From the IMG/VR virus record IMGVR_UViG_3300031555_002573, positions 44,572 through 108,571 of that record: DNA of 64,000 nucleotides; one strand, 5' to 3'. The position numbers were made by a program, and so were the translations under genes. The stretch comes from a virus (taxonomy: Duplodnaviria; Heunggongvirae; Uroviricota; Caudoviricetes). The notes under the pieces are model-generated. The model worked only from the letters and a program-made list of their open reading frames with translations. It searched no databases and was not told where the DNA came from. The first letter of the stretch is position 1, and each line of letters opens with the position of its first letter. This document shows positions 30,211 through 40,026 of the stretch, piece by piece.

Positions 30211-30555
30211 ATGTTTATTTGTTTGAAGTGCGGCGAAGTTTTTCTTGAACCCGGTACTTATCGTGAAAAACATCCTTACGGAGACACCTACGCAGAGGAG
30301 CTCTTTGCTTGTTGTCCGGAATGTTCAGGAGAAATTACCGAGGCATCTCAATGTTCTCAATGTGGAACCTATGTTCCCGACCATGATATTAATGGTAGTA
30401 TTTGCGAGGAATGTATGATGGACAACAAGAAGTGTATTGCTAAAGCTATCGCCAACTTGTTCACAAAAGAAGAGTTTAATAATCTTCCTGATGATATTTT
30501 TGATGACATTTGGGAGAATGTAGAAAATGCCTATAAGGAAGAGGTTAATCAATGA
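30211..30555 (+). CDS. Cys-rich zinc-ribbon protein
   Basis: CLKCGE...CCPECSGE...CSQCGT...CEEC. Confidence 0.55.
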   Translation: MFICLKCGEVFLEPGTYREKHPYGDTYAEELFACCPECSGEITEASQCSQCGTYVPDHDINGSICEECMMDNKKCIAKAIANLFTKEEFNNLPDDIFDDIWENVENAYKEEVNQ

Positions 30556-30809
30556 TTAATATTAAAGAAACGATTGATGGACTGAAATCCTACTCATTCA
30601 AAACAAAAGTAATTTTAGATGCGACAAAACTATTAGAAGGATTATTAGAGGAAAAGGCACTTCAACAATCACATTGGGAAATAAACCCAGACGGATACTA
30701 TCCTTATTGTGCCTTGTGTGGTGAAGAGCCGAGGGGCGGTTATATGACACCACATTGTCCAAATTGTGGGGCAGAAATGCTCAACAAATATGATACTCAT
30801 AATAAATAA
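30552..30809 (+). CDS. Cys-rich zinc-ribbon protein
   Basis: CALCGEEP...CPNCGA. Confidence 0.5.
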   Translation: MINIKETIDGLKSYSFKTKVILDATKLLEGLLEEKALQQSHWEINPDGYYPYCALCGEEPRGGYMTPHCPNCGAEMLNKYDTHNK

Positions 30810-30820
30810 GGAAAGTTAAT

Positions 30821-30979
30821 ATGAAGCCTTTTATGTCTAATGAGTGTTATCACCCACATTGTATGAGAACAGATTGTGACAAATGTATTTACTATACTCC
30901 TAAATTCTTGGGCATTAAAGTTCCTATTTGGTTGACAAAGATTTTTTACTACATAGAAAATAAATTAACTAGGAGGTAA
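30821..30979 (+). CDS. small Cys/His-rich protein (52 aa), below the ORF-track length cutoff
   Basis: AAGGAAAG RBS then ATG; CYHPHC...CDKC. Confidence 0.35.
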   Translation: MKPFMSNECYHPHCMRTDCDKCIYYTPKFLGIKVPIWLTKIFYYIENKLTRR

Positions 30980-30984
30980 CTATT

Positions 30985-31203
30985 ATGATGTATGTTAGAA
31001 TTAAATCCTACAAGGAAGGCGTCTTTACTGGATGTGAGCAGCTGTACTCTAACTGTAATACGCTTGACGAAGGCATTCAGAAATTTAGAAGAGATTATCC
31101 TGAGCACGAAAGTTGTTTGATTATTTCCGAGTATTATGACGCTGAAGAAGAGTGCAATAAAGAACACTTTGAAGTATGTAAGGCTTGCGGTTGTGTTCAT
31201 TGA
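30985..31203 (+). CDS. small Cys-rich protein
   Basis: AGGAGG RBS; CKACGC. Confidence 0.5.
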   Translation: MMYVRIKSYKEGVFTGCEQLYSNCNTLDEGIQKFRRDYPEHESCLIISEYYDAEEECNKEHFEVCKACGCVH

Positions 31204-31213
31204 GAGGTGATAG

Positions 31214-31622
31214 TATGCAAGTTGTTCTTGACTTGAAAGACTTCTGCCGAAAAGCTCCTAACTCTGATGAGCGGGATTACAATGAGCAGTTCTATCGCTA
31301 CAATATCACGGATATGGGAGAGGTTGTAGCAGTTGTATGGTTTGCTCAGATGGTTGACAGTGGTAACATCTATTCTGTCAGCGTAGCCATCAAAGATGAA
31401 GTTGTCCGTGATATCTGCGAAGTATTTGTGCGTTGCGGATTGTCTCGTGACATATACTATCCCAGTGACTTTCACATATCGTTGTTGAGCAAGAGACTCA
31501 ACACTCAAAACTTTGATGACTTTAAGATGGCTCTTGATGCAGCATATGAGATTGTTAATAAAGTAATGACTATATTCGATTCTCCCGAACACCTCAATCC
31601 TTACAAGGAGGCACATAAGTAA
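31214..31622 (+). CDS. hypothetical protein
   Basis: ATG after a GAGAGGTG RBS; the track ORF begins upstream at an alternative start. Confidence 0.5.
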
Positions 31623-31816
31623 TGAGTACTATTCTGTTGTTATACTATCGAGCACCTTATGTGGATGAGCCTGAACTGATTTGTGCTTGTGACTCACAGG
31701 ATGCAGTAAATAAGAAGATATATCAACTACGCTATATGCATCCTGACGCTTATATTGATATCAATAGATTTGAAACTATCAGAGTAGAGCATTTCAAAGG
31801 AGTTGTAACAAACTGA
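31622..31816 (+). CDS. hypothetical small protein
   Basis: 64 aa; paralogous to 35136..35330 (LLYYR...LxCxCD...YxxRFETxxxxHFK). Confidence 0.5.
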   Translation: MSTILLLYYRAPYVDEPELICACDSQDAVNKKIYQLRYMHPDAYIDINRFETIRVEHFKGVVTN

Positions 31817-31962
31817 TGTATTGCAATGTTAAAGGCTGTAAGTATAACAGCAATGGTTACTGTGAGATTATTAACTACATCACAATCAGTGAAGATGGTG
31901 AGTGCGAAGACCGGTTTATTGTTAATAACTACAATTATAAAGATGTAGATGAAGATGAATAA
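31816..31962 (+). CDS. small Cys-rich protein (48 aa)
   Basis: MYCNVKGCKYNSNGYCE...GECEDRF; overlapping start. Confidence 0.35.
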   Translation: MYCNVKGCKYNSNGYCEIINYITISEDGECEDRFIVNNYNYKDVDEDE

Positions 31963-31995
31963 ATGCAAAGAGTATTGAAACTCATGAGGAGGAAT

Positions 31996-32310
31996 ATGAT
32001 GAATAACTATGGAAAGTTTAGAGCTTTAGATGTCAGGGAGCTTATCGAACTTACAAGTTTAGCTGGAACTGTCTATAACTCTCATATTCAAATGCAAATT
32101 GAATCTCAACTAAAGATAGTTGTTATCGCTAATCGTGTTGACAGTAACGAGAGATGTCGTATCGTATTTACTAAACCTGACCCTGACATTGTACAGTTTA
32201 TAGGGAAAACAAAATACTATGGGTATGAAGGCCCTTGGGAAACGATTGTCCCAGGTGACGTCTTTGAAATAAAAGAAACTAATACATATGATATAGTAAC
32301 TATCTTGTAA
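31996..32310 (+). CDS. hypothetical protein
   Basis: ATG after a GAGGAGG RBS. Confidence 0.5.
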   Translation: MMNNYGKFRALDVRELIELTSLAGTVYNSHIQMQIESQLKIVVIANRVDSNERCRIVFTKPDPDIVQFIGKTKYYGYEGPWETIVPGDVFEIKETNTYDIVTIL

Positions 32311-32323
32311 GGAGGAATAATAG

Positions 32324-32539
32324 ATGGCAAATGTAAAAACTTGTAAAATTGAATTTATTCTGGAGGACAATGAACTTACAATGAATAGCTGGAACGATGG
32401 CTTTGATGTCCTTCAGATTATCGGGTTACTTGAGCGCAAGAAAGATGACTTGTTGACTCAAATCAGAGACTCTGCTAACTTTGACCGCAAGTGTGTTACT
32501 GATGACGGCGTAATTGATATCACAGAGAAAGAGAAGTAA
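32324..32539 (+). CDS. hypothetical small protein
   Basis: GGAGGAATAATAG RBS. Confidence 0.5.
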   Translation: MANVKTCKIEFILEDNELTMNSWNDGFDVLQIIGLLERKKDDLLTQIRDSANFDRKCVTDDGVIDITEKEK

Positions 32540-32540
32540 C

Positions 32541-32891
32541 ATGCAGTATTATGTTATTAGAGATGCTGACACTGGCATGTATTGGCGTGGCAAAGGCGTT
32601 AACAAGTGGGGACAATACTATAACCAATGTAGTATATTCCGTATTAGAGGTCAAGCTGAGTCAAGCTTACGAGAGATACAGATAAGAGATGCTAAGAACG
32701 CTGAAATAGTTCCTATTACAATTCATGAGGAAGCGTTTTGGGTAAAGCCTTCTCTAGGGTCTCAAGAGTTCTGCAGTAACTGCAAACTTACTGCTAAAAT
32801 GATATTCGGTATACTTCCTCCGTTCTGTCCTCATTGTGGCAGTCCTATGAAAGAAGAAGTATACAAATTGTATGAGGAGGACACTAAGTAA
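32541..32891 (+). CDS. Cys-rich zinc-ribbon protein
   Basis: CSNC...CPHCGSPM. Confidence 0.45.
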   Translation: MQYYVIRDADTGMYWRGKGVNKWGQYYNQCSIFRIRGQAESSLREIQIRDAKNAEIVPITIHEEAFWVKPSLGSQEFCSNCKLTAKMIFGILPPFCPHCGSPMKEEVYKLYEEDTK

Positions 32892-33289
32892 TGAACATCA
32901 CAACTATAGCTGAAAAATATCGCAACGGCGACTATAATCATCCCATCAAGTATGGAAATAAAGTATCTGCGAACTATGTATTTGATGAGGAACTGTCTGT
33001 TCGTCGTAATCGTGAAATGGTAGAAGAGCATAATGCAAAGGTAGAAGCAGAAAAGAAAGAAGCTTATGCTAAACAAGCAGAACTGACTAAGCAACTTGCT
33101 CATGATGTTACTTGCTATATTACAGAGAACTATTATGTTGATTATCAAGTAGCAAGTAAGATTGAACGCTTCTGCTATGATAAGTATTACTCTGACGTTT
33201 ATGATTACCTCAGCCAGATTGATACTATTGCAGAATTTGTTGAAGGTATTATTTCTACTATGAAAGATGAGGGCATTCTTAATGTCTGA
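32891..33289 (+). CDS. hypothetical protein
   Basis: 132-aa ORF. Confidence 0.5.
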   Translation: MNITTIAEKYRNGDYNHPIKYGNKVSANYVFDEELSVRRNREMVEEHNAKVEAEKKEAYAKQAELTKQLAHDVTCYITENYYVDYQVASKIERFCYDKYYSDVYDYLSQIDTIAEFVEGIISTMKDEGILNV

Positions 33290-33467
33290 AAAAGTTGAAA
33301 TTGTTAGATGTATTAACTGCATCTATTCTAAGCCCATTGATACAACTATGCCTCCTTATAAGTATTATCGTCCCGAGTGCATTATTTGTCAATGTGAAGA
33401 CGTGGTTGGAGATGAGCCGATGGTTTATCTTCCTAATCATTTTTGCAGCTTTGGTAAGGAGAAATAA
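33282..33467 (+). CDS. small Cys-rich protein
   Basis: CINC...CIICQC. Confidence 0.4.
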   Translation: MSEKVEIVRCINCIYSKPIDTTMPPYKYYRPECIICQCEDVVGDEPMVYLPNHFCSFGKEK

Positions 33468-33468
33468 A

Positions 33469-33654
33469 ATGTTTAAGAAATACTTTGAAAAAAGAAATAA
33501 ATTCAAATGCCCCTACTGTTCCGCAGATATTGAATTAGGATTGTGGGAATGGTTGAAGTGTCCACATTTCTTTGATATCTGGAGATTTGTTACATGTCCT
33601 GTTTGTAAAATAAAACTTTGGATGAAGAGAGTGAAACCGGATGACAACAATTGA
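33469..33654 (+). CDS. small Cys-rich protein (61 aa)
   Basis: CPYC...CPH...CPVC; starts at the ATG after a GGAGAAATAAA RBS. Confidence 0.4.
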   Translation: MFKKYFEKRNKFKCPYCSADIELGLWEWLKCPHFFDIWRFVTCPVCKIKLWMKRVKPDDNN

Positions 33655-33847
33655 ATGGATTATTATCTGTGTAGCTATCTGTGGTGCTCTTATCGGTTGT
33701 GTCAGTACTTATGCTGTTATGAAGGCTGCTGAACAACGAAAGTGCTTACATAACTTTGTTGAAGTTCTCCGTGTTGATGCTCCTGGCGTACATAAGGTAG
33801 CTTATATCTGCGAAAAATGCGGTAAAGTAAAGAAGGTGCACCTCTAA
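33641..33847 (+). CDS. small membrane protein with a C-terminal CEKCGK motif
   Basis: N-terminal hydrophobic helix. Confidence 0.45.
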   Translation: MTTIEWIIICVAICGALIGCVSTYAVMKAAEQRKCLHNFVEVLRVDAPGVHKVAYICEKCGKVKKVHL

Positions 33848-34036
33848 ATGAGTAAAGTAAGATATTTTAGAAATAGATACCTACCAGACCTAGAAGCATC
33901 TATCAATAAGTTTATTAAGGATAAAGATGTAATCAATGTATCATGTGCTGTTGTTGAGGACGGCTTTGGTCTTCAGTATATATCTATTGTAGCTTATAGG
34001 GAGTATCATAATAACAACGGAGGCGATGTTGATTGA
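33848..34036 (+). CDS. hypothetical small protein
   Basis: 62-aa ORF. Confidence 0.4.
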   Translation: MSKVRYFRNRYLPDLEASINKFIKDKDVINVSCAVVEDGFGLQYISIVAYREYHNNNGGDVD

Positions 34037-34521
34037 GTGTACATAAATGTCCAATATGTGAAGGAAGGGGACAAGTGCCAGCAGGATTTTACTATACATA
34101 TAAATCCTCTACTGTGGTGAATACCTGCCCTGAAACTTGTAGGAGCTGTAATGGTAAAGGTGTTATCTTTGATACAGATTGTTTCTATCCGTATACTAAC
34201 ACACCCCTACCTGATGATTACACATTCGATTACGGCACAATTTGTGCTAGTAATAGTTGTTCCAATTGTGGCCATAATGACTGCGGAATGGTAGATACTT
34301 CAAATACTGTTAAGTATAAGTGTGCACTAACTAACGAATGGCACGAAGCAGGACACACGTGTAAAGATTGGTGTGGGCAATGCTTAAAGTTATTTACAGG
34401 AACTGATGTACCCGACATTTCAGATTATATTTCACTCACAAACTTAAATGCTACAGGAACGGAGGAGAGTACTGTTGAATTCGTCAATGGAACAAACACA
34501 ACAGAACAAACCGCTGACTGA
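34033..34521 (+). CDS. Cys-rich protein with DnaJ-type CxxCxGxG zinc-finger repeats
   Basis: CPICEGRG and CRSCNGKG; many further Cys pairs. Confidence 0.5.
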   Translation: MSVHKCPICEGRGQVPAGFYYTYKSSTVVNTCPETCRSCNGKGVIFDTDCFYPYTNTPLPDDYTFDYGTICASNSCSNCGHNDCGMVDTSNTVKYKCALTNEWHEAGHTCKDWCGQCLKLFTGTDVPDISDYISLTNLNATGTEESTVEFVNGTNTTEQTAD

Positions 34522-34747
34522 AGAATCAATGGCGGAAATGGTGTATGAAAAACTTAATGAAGCATATCGTAAAGGCTATAACGATGCTTGTGACGTTGTT
34601 TCAGAAGTGCTGATGTCTCACGCAAATGATTTCGGCGACCAGAAGATTAAGATGGTTGTAGAGGGATTAGCGAGTACAATCAAAAAATGTCATCTTAAAG
34701 AAGATTGTAAACATCTTGTAGGAACAGGAGAGATGAATAATGAGTAA
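34487..34747 (+). CDS. hypothetical small protein
   Basis: In-frame ATG inside the track ORF 34448..34747. Confidence 0.4.
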   Translation: MEQTQQNKPLTEESMAEMVYEKLNEAYRKGYNDACDVVSEVLMSHANDFGDQKIKMVVEGLASTIKKCHLKEDCKHLVGTGEMNNE

Positions 34748-34895
34748 CAATGAAACTGATAAGAAAGTAACTATTAAGCGTAGAGGCGATGGTGTTTACG
34801 ATATCTATGTCAACGATAAACTTGTAGAAAGTAAGGGCTCAGCTCGTTCTGCAAGTGAGTTTGTAGAAGCTGTACTTAGTGAGGACTTCAAATGA
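34740..34895 (+). CDS. hypothetical small protein (51 aa)
   Basis: Overlapping ATGA junctions at both ends. Confidence 0.35.
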   Translation: MSNNETDKKVTIKRRGDGVYDIYVNDKLVESKGSARSASEFVEAVLSEDFK

Positions 34896-35125
34896 GTAGA
34901 CTGAGTACAAACACTAAAATTGTTTACTGTGCTGTTTACTATACGGAAGATGGATTTGGGGTGCGAGAAAACGATAATGAATCCATTGACTATGATTTTG
35001 AGGACGATGCTATTGATGCTGCTAAGATGTATTGTTCTATGATGAACGAGAATATGATTAATATAAATAGCAGTAAGCATTATTTCGCTCGAATTGAGAA
35101 GAGGATTGTTCCGATTTATTGTTGA
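34892..35125 (+). CDS. hypothetical small protein
   Basis: 77-aa ORF. Confidence 0.45.
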   Translation: MSRLSTNTKIVYCAVYYTEDGFGVRENDNESIDYDFEDDAIDAAKMYCSMMNENMININSSKHYFARIEKRIVPIYC

Positions 35126-35135
35126 GGTGAGTTAA

Positions 35136-35330
35136 GTGACTACAACAAATGTTCTCTTGTATTACAGGACTAAATCAGGTGATAGAATTCTTCTTTGCTC
35201 TTGTGACACAGATAATATTGCTCAGAAAAAGAAGATTGAATACTACACAGAGTATCCAGATATGTTTTCTTTTCTTGAACGATTCGAGACTCAAATTATT
35301 ATACACTTCAAAGAGGAGGACTTCAAATGA
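35136..35330 (+). CDS. hypothetical small protein, paralogue of 31622..31816
   Basis: LLYYRTKSGDRILLCSCDTDN...ERFETQIIIHFK compared with LLYYRAPYVDEPELICACDSQD...NRFETIRVEHFK. Confidence 0.5.
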   Translation: MTTTNVLLYYRTKSGDRILLCSCDTDNIAQKKKIEYYTEYPDMFSFLERFETQIIIHFKEEDFK

Positions 35331-35500
35331 ACAACATGGAGTATATCCGTAACTTGATGGTTATACATAGAGACTTAGCTCACCACATTACTGACTCAAC
35401 AAAAGTCAAATTTGATGAAACAATTTCTGCCGCCATTCTAGCGCTTAGTAGATGTGAAGAATTAACAGAGAAGGAAGTTAAAGAAAATGAAATGCCCTAA
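35327..35500 (+). CDS. hypothetical small protein (57 aa)
   Basis: ATGA overlap with the upstream gene. Confidence 0.35.
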   Translation: MNNMEYIRNLMVIHRDLAHHITDSTKVKFDETISAAILALSRCEELTEKEVKENEMP

Positions 35501-35699
35501 ATACATCAAAGAAGCATTACGACAAAGAGCTAATCACGCAGCGAGGTTCACTGAACTTGATGTTATGATTGGTGAGTGGTTAGAAAAGAATCACTTAATT
35601 GACGAAGTTGAAGACTATGATATCTACGGCGGTTGTGAAGCATATTGTAATCCTGATTCATCTTCTGCTAGAATATTGGAGGTAATTGAAAATGCCTAA
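35487..35699 (+). CDS. hypothetical small protein
   Basis: 70-aa ORF. Confidence 0.45.
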   Translation: MKCPKYIKEALRQRANHAARFTELDVMIGEWLEKNHLIDEVEDYDIYGGCEAYCNPDSSSARILEVIENA

Positions 35700-35940
35700 C
35701 ATCACAGTTCCTAACTTTGATTCTGACAGTGAAATTGCTGTTTTCGTGAAGGATAGTTCACCTTGTACTCTTGGAAGTACTTTCGGAGTGATGAGAGATG
35801 AACTTATTGAAAAGATTCAACTTGAGGAAAAGAAATATGCATTAACTGAGCGGGAAAAGATTTTTGTAGACGCCATCTATGATTTACTAGATGTATTAGA
35901 TAGAGACCTTATTCAAAGAGTCAGCTCAAGGATGAGATAA
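35686..35940 (+). CDS. hypothetical small protein
   Basis: 84-aa ORF. Confidence 0.45.
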   Translation: MKMPNITVPNFDSDSEIAVFVKDSSPCTLGSTFGVMRDELIEKIQLEEKKYALTEREKIFVDAIYDLLDVLDRDLIQRVSSRMR

Positions 35941-36047
35941 TAGATATTACTATTGTCTTGTGATTAGTGATGTCTTTCTTACTATTGGAACTACTATGGG
36001 CAATTTGAAATAAATGATATGAAAATTTTAGACTATTAATTTTTTTA

Positions 36048-36081
36048 ATAGTTGACTTTCTTTCTAAGAAGTAGTATAATT
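36048..36081 (+). promoter_or_regulatory. conserved extended promoter
   Basis: taatagTTGACTttc..gtagTATAAT. Confidence 0.6.
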
Positions 36082-36114
36082 ATAACACAACAAGAGGAAA
36101 GAAGGTACTATATT

Positions 36115-36453
36115 ATGTATGAGTTTAAAGATTTTGTCCCCGCTAATAAGATTTGGCCCAACGCTACTGCTCCTGTTTACAAAGGTGTTAAGTCTGGTCT
36201 CTGCACTGGTTGGTGCATTGAGCTGAATACTTGGAAGGGTGAAACCTTCTGGCATTCCTGCACTTTTGCCTATGGCACTCCTGAGGAATTGTTTAACGAT
36301 GATTTCTGGACTTGGTGTTTTGAGGAACACGGCTGGACTCCTACTGGTCGTATCTCCTTCCGTGGGTACTACATTGAGGAGTATGATTGTGGTGAGCGTG
36401 ATTACTACTACATCGAGTGTGACGAAAATGGTAACATACTGAAGGGGGAATAA
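36115..36453 (+). CDS. hypothetical Cys/Trp-rich protein
   Basis: ATG after an AAGAGGAAAGAAGG RBS, downstream of the promoter at 36052. Confidence 0.5.
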   Translation: MYEFKDFVPANKIWPNATAPVYKGVKSGLCTGWCIELNTWKGETFWHSCTFAYGTPEELFNDDFWTWCFEEHGWTPTGRISFRGYYIEEYDCGERDYYYIECDENGNILKGE

Positions 36454-36455
36454 TC

Positions 36456-36593
36456 ATGGCTAGACTTATAAATTTCTGGATAATGCGGTCTTGCGGTTAT
36501 GAATGTAGTCACTGCGGCTCACTGAGTGATGAGCCTATTGAGTTGTGTCCGTGTTGTGATTCTGATATGGAAGAGTACGACGAGGAGGAATGA
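36456..36593 (+). CDS. small zinc-ribbon protein (45 aa)
   Basis: CGYECSHCGS...CPCCDSDM. Confidence 0.35.
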   Translation: MARLINFWIMRSCGYECSHCGSLSDEPIELCPCCDSDMEEYDEEE

Positions 36594-36596
36594 ATA

Positions 36597-37073
36597 ATGA
36601 CCCTTGTAGAAAAAAGACAATTAAGACACCCGAATACTCATACTTTTATGTATTATAATGCTAATCCTAAAAATAAGATAACTACGGACTGTGTTATCAG
36701 AGCGTTATGTACAGGGATGAGAAAAGAATACAATGAAGTAGTTTTAGAACTTGCTAAAATGCAATGTGAGACTGGGTACGATGATGGCGATGTGTCTCTC
36801 ATTGATAGATACTTGAAGAAAAACGGTTGGACAAGATGTAAACAACCTAGAAAGAAAGACAATAAAAAGTATACAGGGGAAGAGTTTTGTCTTAAGCTTC
36901 AGCATCCCATTTATTGTGAAGAATTGACTTCGTTGCCTAATGAATTCGATTGGCAACATGTGATTGCAAATATTGGAGGACATCACATTGTAGCCATTGT
37001 GGATGGCAAAGTACATGATATATGGAATTCTACACATAAATCTATCGGCACTGTCTGGGTTAAAGAATACTAA
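36597..37073 (+). CDS. putative NlpC/P60 or papain-fold cysteine hydrolase
   Basis: TDCVIRALC (Cys) and HHIVAIVDGKVHD (His-x9-His) resemble NlpC/P60 catalytic segments. Confidence 0.3.
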   Translation: MTLVEKRQLRHPNTHTFMYYNANPKNKITTDCVIRALCTGMRKEYNEVVLELAKMQCETGYDDGDVSLIDRYLKKNGWTRCKQPRKKDNKKYTGEEFCLKLQHPIYCEELTSLPNEFDWQHVIANIGGHHIVAIVDGKVHDIWNSTHKSIGTVWVKEY

Positions 37074-37145
37074 CCCAGACTTTATTTTTATAACATCTTT
37101 ATTGTATATAATTATACAAATATTTTTATAAGGAGACTCACAATA

Positions 37146-39440
37146 ATGAAAGTTATTAAAAGAAACGGTGATAGAGTAGAGTTTGATATTGAAAAAGTTA
37201 GGTCCGCAATAACAATTGCCAACGACAGTGTTGAGCCTGCCTATAAGCGTATTACAAAAACTTTAATAAATCAAATTACAGATGAAATTTCTGATGAATA
37301 TACAAGCAAAAATAGAACAAAGTCAGTTGAGTATATTGCTGACCAAGTAGAAAAGAAACTTGTACAGTACAATGCCTACGATGTTGCGAAAGAATACATT
37401 ACATACAGATATCTACACACAATGGCTCGTAGTAAGTATGATGACTTGATGGATGCTATTAAAGTAAAGTTGGGAGCAGAGGATGTTCAAAATCAAAACG
37501 CTAATGTTGACGAGCATTCATTTGGCGGTCGTGTAGGTGAGATGGCTAACTTAATCAATAAACAATTTGCTCTAGATTATCTGCTATCTGATATGGCAAG
37601 ACAGAATCATCTGAATAATGAGGTTTATATTCATGATTTAGATGCTTACGCGGTGGGTAGTCACAACTGTATGTCTATCCCCTTTGACCACTTACTTGAA
37701 AATGGATTTAACACTCGTCAGACTGATGTAAGACCTGCGGGGTCTGTTAACACAGCTTTTCAACTTGTAGCTGTAATATTCCAACTTCAAAGTTTACAAC
37801 AGTTTGGTGGGGTCAGCGCTACACATATAGACTGGACATTAGCGCCGTATGTGCGATTGAGCTTCTTGAAGCACTACAATATGTTAGTTGATTTCATTCA
37901 ATCTATCCCATTTATAGGTAAACTGTCAAAAGTTAAAAAACGACAAGTTCTTGACCCCAAGTCAGTGTCAATCAATGACGAGAATGTTTACAGTAGAAAA
38001 GGACTATTCAATAAACTAGTACACAGATATGCTAAAAAGCTTACATATAAAGAGGTGTATCAAGGCGCTGAAGGTCTATATCATAATCTGAATACATTAC
38101 AAAGTAGAAGTGGTAACCAACTTCCTTTCACTTCTATTAACTACGGTACTTGTACAACAGAAGAAGGAAGAATGATTACTAAAGCATTGTTAGAGGTAAG
38201 CATCAGGGGTCTTGGAGAAAAGAGAAGAACTTCAATCTTCCCTTGTGGCATCTTTCAATGTGCTAAAGGTGTAAATAGAAAACCTGGTGACCCAAACTAC
38301 GATTTGTTTAAGTTAGCTTTGAAGTCAACATCACAACGATTATACCCTAACTACGCTAATGTAGATTGGTCAGGTAATGCTGGTTATGATGTTAATGACC
38401 CAAGAACTTATTTCTCTACTATGGGATGTCGTACTGCTAATGGTTGGGATGTTAATGGATTGGGTCAACAAAAGGATGGCAGGGGAAATATCTGCCCTGT
38501 GACAATTATCCTACCTACATTAGCTATGCAAGCTAAAGAACGATTTGAACGCATCTGTAGAGGTGAGGAAGAGGAGCCTATTGGTGCAGAGGGATTTGAT
38601 GCTGTTGACTACTTCTTGATGCTACTTGATGTAAAGATACACGAGGCTAAAGATATGTTAATTGAACGCTTCGAGTGGATTTGTTCTCAATCCCCAGAGG
38701 CTGCAAAGTTCATGTACGAGAACAATGTTATGGCAGGGTATATTCCAGAGGAAGGAATTCGTTCTGCTCTCAAGCACGGCACATTGGCTATTGGACAACT
38801 CGGACTTGCTGAAACACTACAGATTCTTATCGGTTGTGACCACACAGAAGAAAGAGGAATGGATGTAGCTAAAAAGATAGAGGAGTTATTCAAGACCCTT
38901 TGTGCGGAGTTTAAGAAAGAGTACAACCTTAACTTCGGTGTCTATTTCACACCGGCTGAAAATCTTTGTAAGACAGCAATGATGAAATTCAAAGAAACGT
39001 ATGGTGTAATTCCGAATGTGTCAGACAAGGATTTCTTTACGAACAGTATGCATGTTCCTGTATGGAAAAATATTTCAATCTTCGACAAGATTGATGTTGA
39101 AGCACAACTAACTGGTTACAGTAGTGCAGGGTGTATCACATATGTAGAACTTGACACTACAACAAAGAATAATCTTGAAGCATTAGAGACCATTGTTAAC
39201 TATGCTATGGATAAAGACATTCCGTATTTTGCTATCAACATTCCGAATGACTTCTGTGTAGATTGTGGATATACAGATGAATTTGAAGATGAGTGTCCTG
39301 AATGTGGAAGCAAGAACATTATGCAGTTAAGACGAGTGACCGGTTATTTGACAGGAAATTATACTACTGCATTTAATTCTGGTAAGATTCAGGAAGTAAG
39401 AATGAGAGTAAAACATGGCTATGAAAAATCGGATTGTTAA
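37146..39440 (+). CDS. nrdD: anaerobic (class III) ribonucleoside-triphosphate reductase NrdD
   Basis: 764 aa; N-terminal ATP-cone-like segment; C-terminal CxxC...CPECGS zinc site and glycyl-radical motif RRVTGYL. Confidence 0.8.
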   Translation: MKVIKRNGDRVEFDIEKVRSAITIANDSVEPAYKRITKTLINQITDEISDEYTSKNRTKSVEYIADQVEKKLVQYNAYDVAKEYITYRYLHTMARSKYDDLMDAIKVKLGAEDVQNQNANVDEHSFGGRVGEMANLINKQFALDYLLSDMARQNHLNNEVYIHDLDAYAVGSHNCMSIPFDHLLENGFNTRQTDVRPAGSVNTAFQLVAVIFQLQSLQQFGGVSATHIDWTLAPYVRLSFLKHYNMLVDFIQSIPFIGKLSKVKKRQVLDPKSVSINDENVYSRKGLFNKLVHRYAKKLTYKEVYQGAEGLYHNLNTLQSRSGNQLPFTSINYGTCTTEEGRMITKALLEVSIRGLGEKRRTSIFPCGIFQCAKGVNRKPGDPNYDLFKLALKSTSQRLYPNYANVDWSGNAGYDVNDPRTYFSTMGCRTANGWDVNGLGQQKDGRGNICPVTIILPTLAMQAKERFERICRGEEEEPIGAEGFDAVDYFLMLLDVKIHEAKDMLIERFEWICSQSPEAAKFMYENNVMAGYIPEEGIRSALKHGTLAIGQLGLAETLQILIGCDHTEERGMDVAKKIEELFKTLCAEFKKEYNLNFGVYFTPAENLCKTAMMKFKETYGVIPNVSDKDFFTNSMHVPVWKNISIFDKIDVEAQLTGYSSAGCITYVELDTTTKNNLEALETIVNYAMDKDIPYFAINIPNDFCVDCGYTDEFEDECPECGSKNIMQLRRVTGYLTGNYTTAFNSGKIQEVRMRVKHGYEKSDC

Positions 39441-40026
39441 TATAACATTAAAATCTATCGGGGCAGGAATGTGTATAGCTTTAGGGCTATACGCATTTCT
39501 ACACTTAGATGCTATACTTGGAAGTTTTGTGTTCTCAGTTGGACTGCTTAGTGTGTTTACACTTAACTTCAACTTATACACAGGACTTGTTCCTTACGCG
39601 TCTATTAAATCTATACCGATGCTCGTTCATGTTGTAGCAGGAAATGCTATTGGATGTCTTATAATGTTGTTGTTACCACATTTGAACTCTGCTGATGTTA
39701 TTGCTGCCAGTAAACTATCTGAACCGTTGTTAGTAGTTTTTGTTGAAGCAATTATGTGCAATATTCTTATCTATATTGCAGTGGAAGCAAACAAACAGCA
39801 TAATACTATAACAGTAATACTATCAGTAGCAACATTTATAATATGTGGGTTTGAACACAGTGTAGCAAACATAGCACTATTCACTGCTGCGAGAATGTTT
39901 TCTATTGATATGTGTGTGCACTTGTTGATTACTATTGCTGGAAATGCCTTCGGCGGAATCCTTATTAGAAAGGTACATTGTGGATTAGATGAGAATAGCA
40001 AAGATAGAAAAAGACTCGTTGAATAA
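39415..40026 (+). CDS. formate/nitrite transporter (FNT) family channel-like membrane protein
   Basis: Multi-TM protein; CGFEHSVANI matches the FNT FEHS(I/V)AN motif; AGNAIGC and AGNAFGG match GNxxG; 203 aa, short for the family. Confidence 0.45.
   Translation: MAMKNRIVNITLKSIGAGMCIALGLYAFLHLDAILGSFVFSVGLLSVFTLNFNLYTGLVPYASIKSIPMLVHVVAGNAIGCLIMLLLPHLNSADVIAASKLSEPLLVVFVEAIMCNILIYIAVEANKQHNTITVILSVATFIICGFEHSVANIALFTAARMFSIDMCVHLLITIAGNAFGGILIRKVHCGLDENSKDRKRLVE

Noticed and set aside
33295-33654. Long form of ORF 33295..33654 (119 aa)
   Set aside because: The N-terminal 58 aa overlap gene 33282..33467 in another frame and are hydrophobic low-complexity. The RBS-preceded ATG at 33469 gives a 61-aa zinc-ribbon protein consistent with its neighbours.
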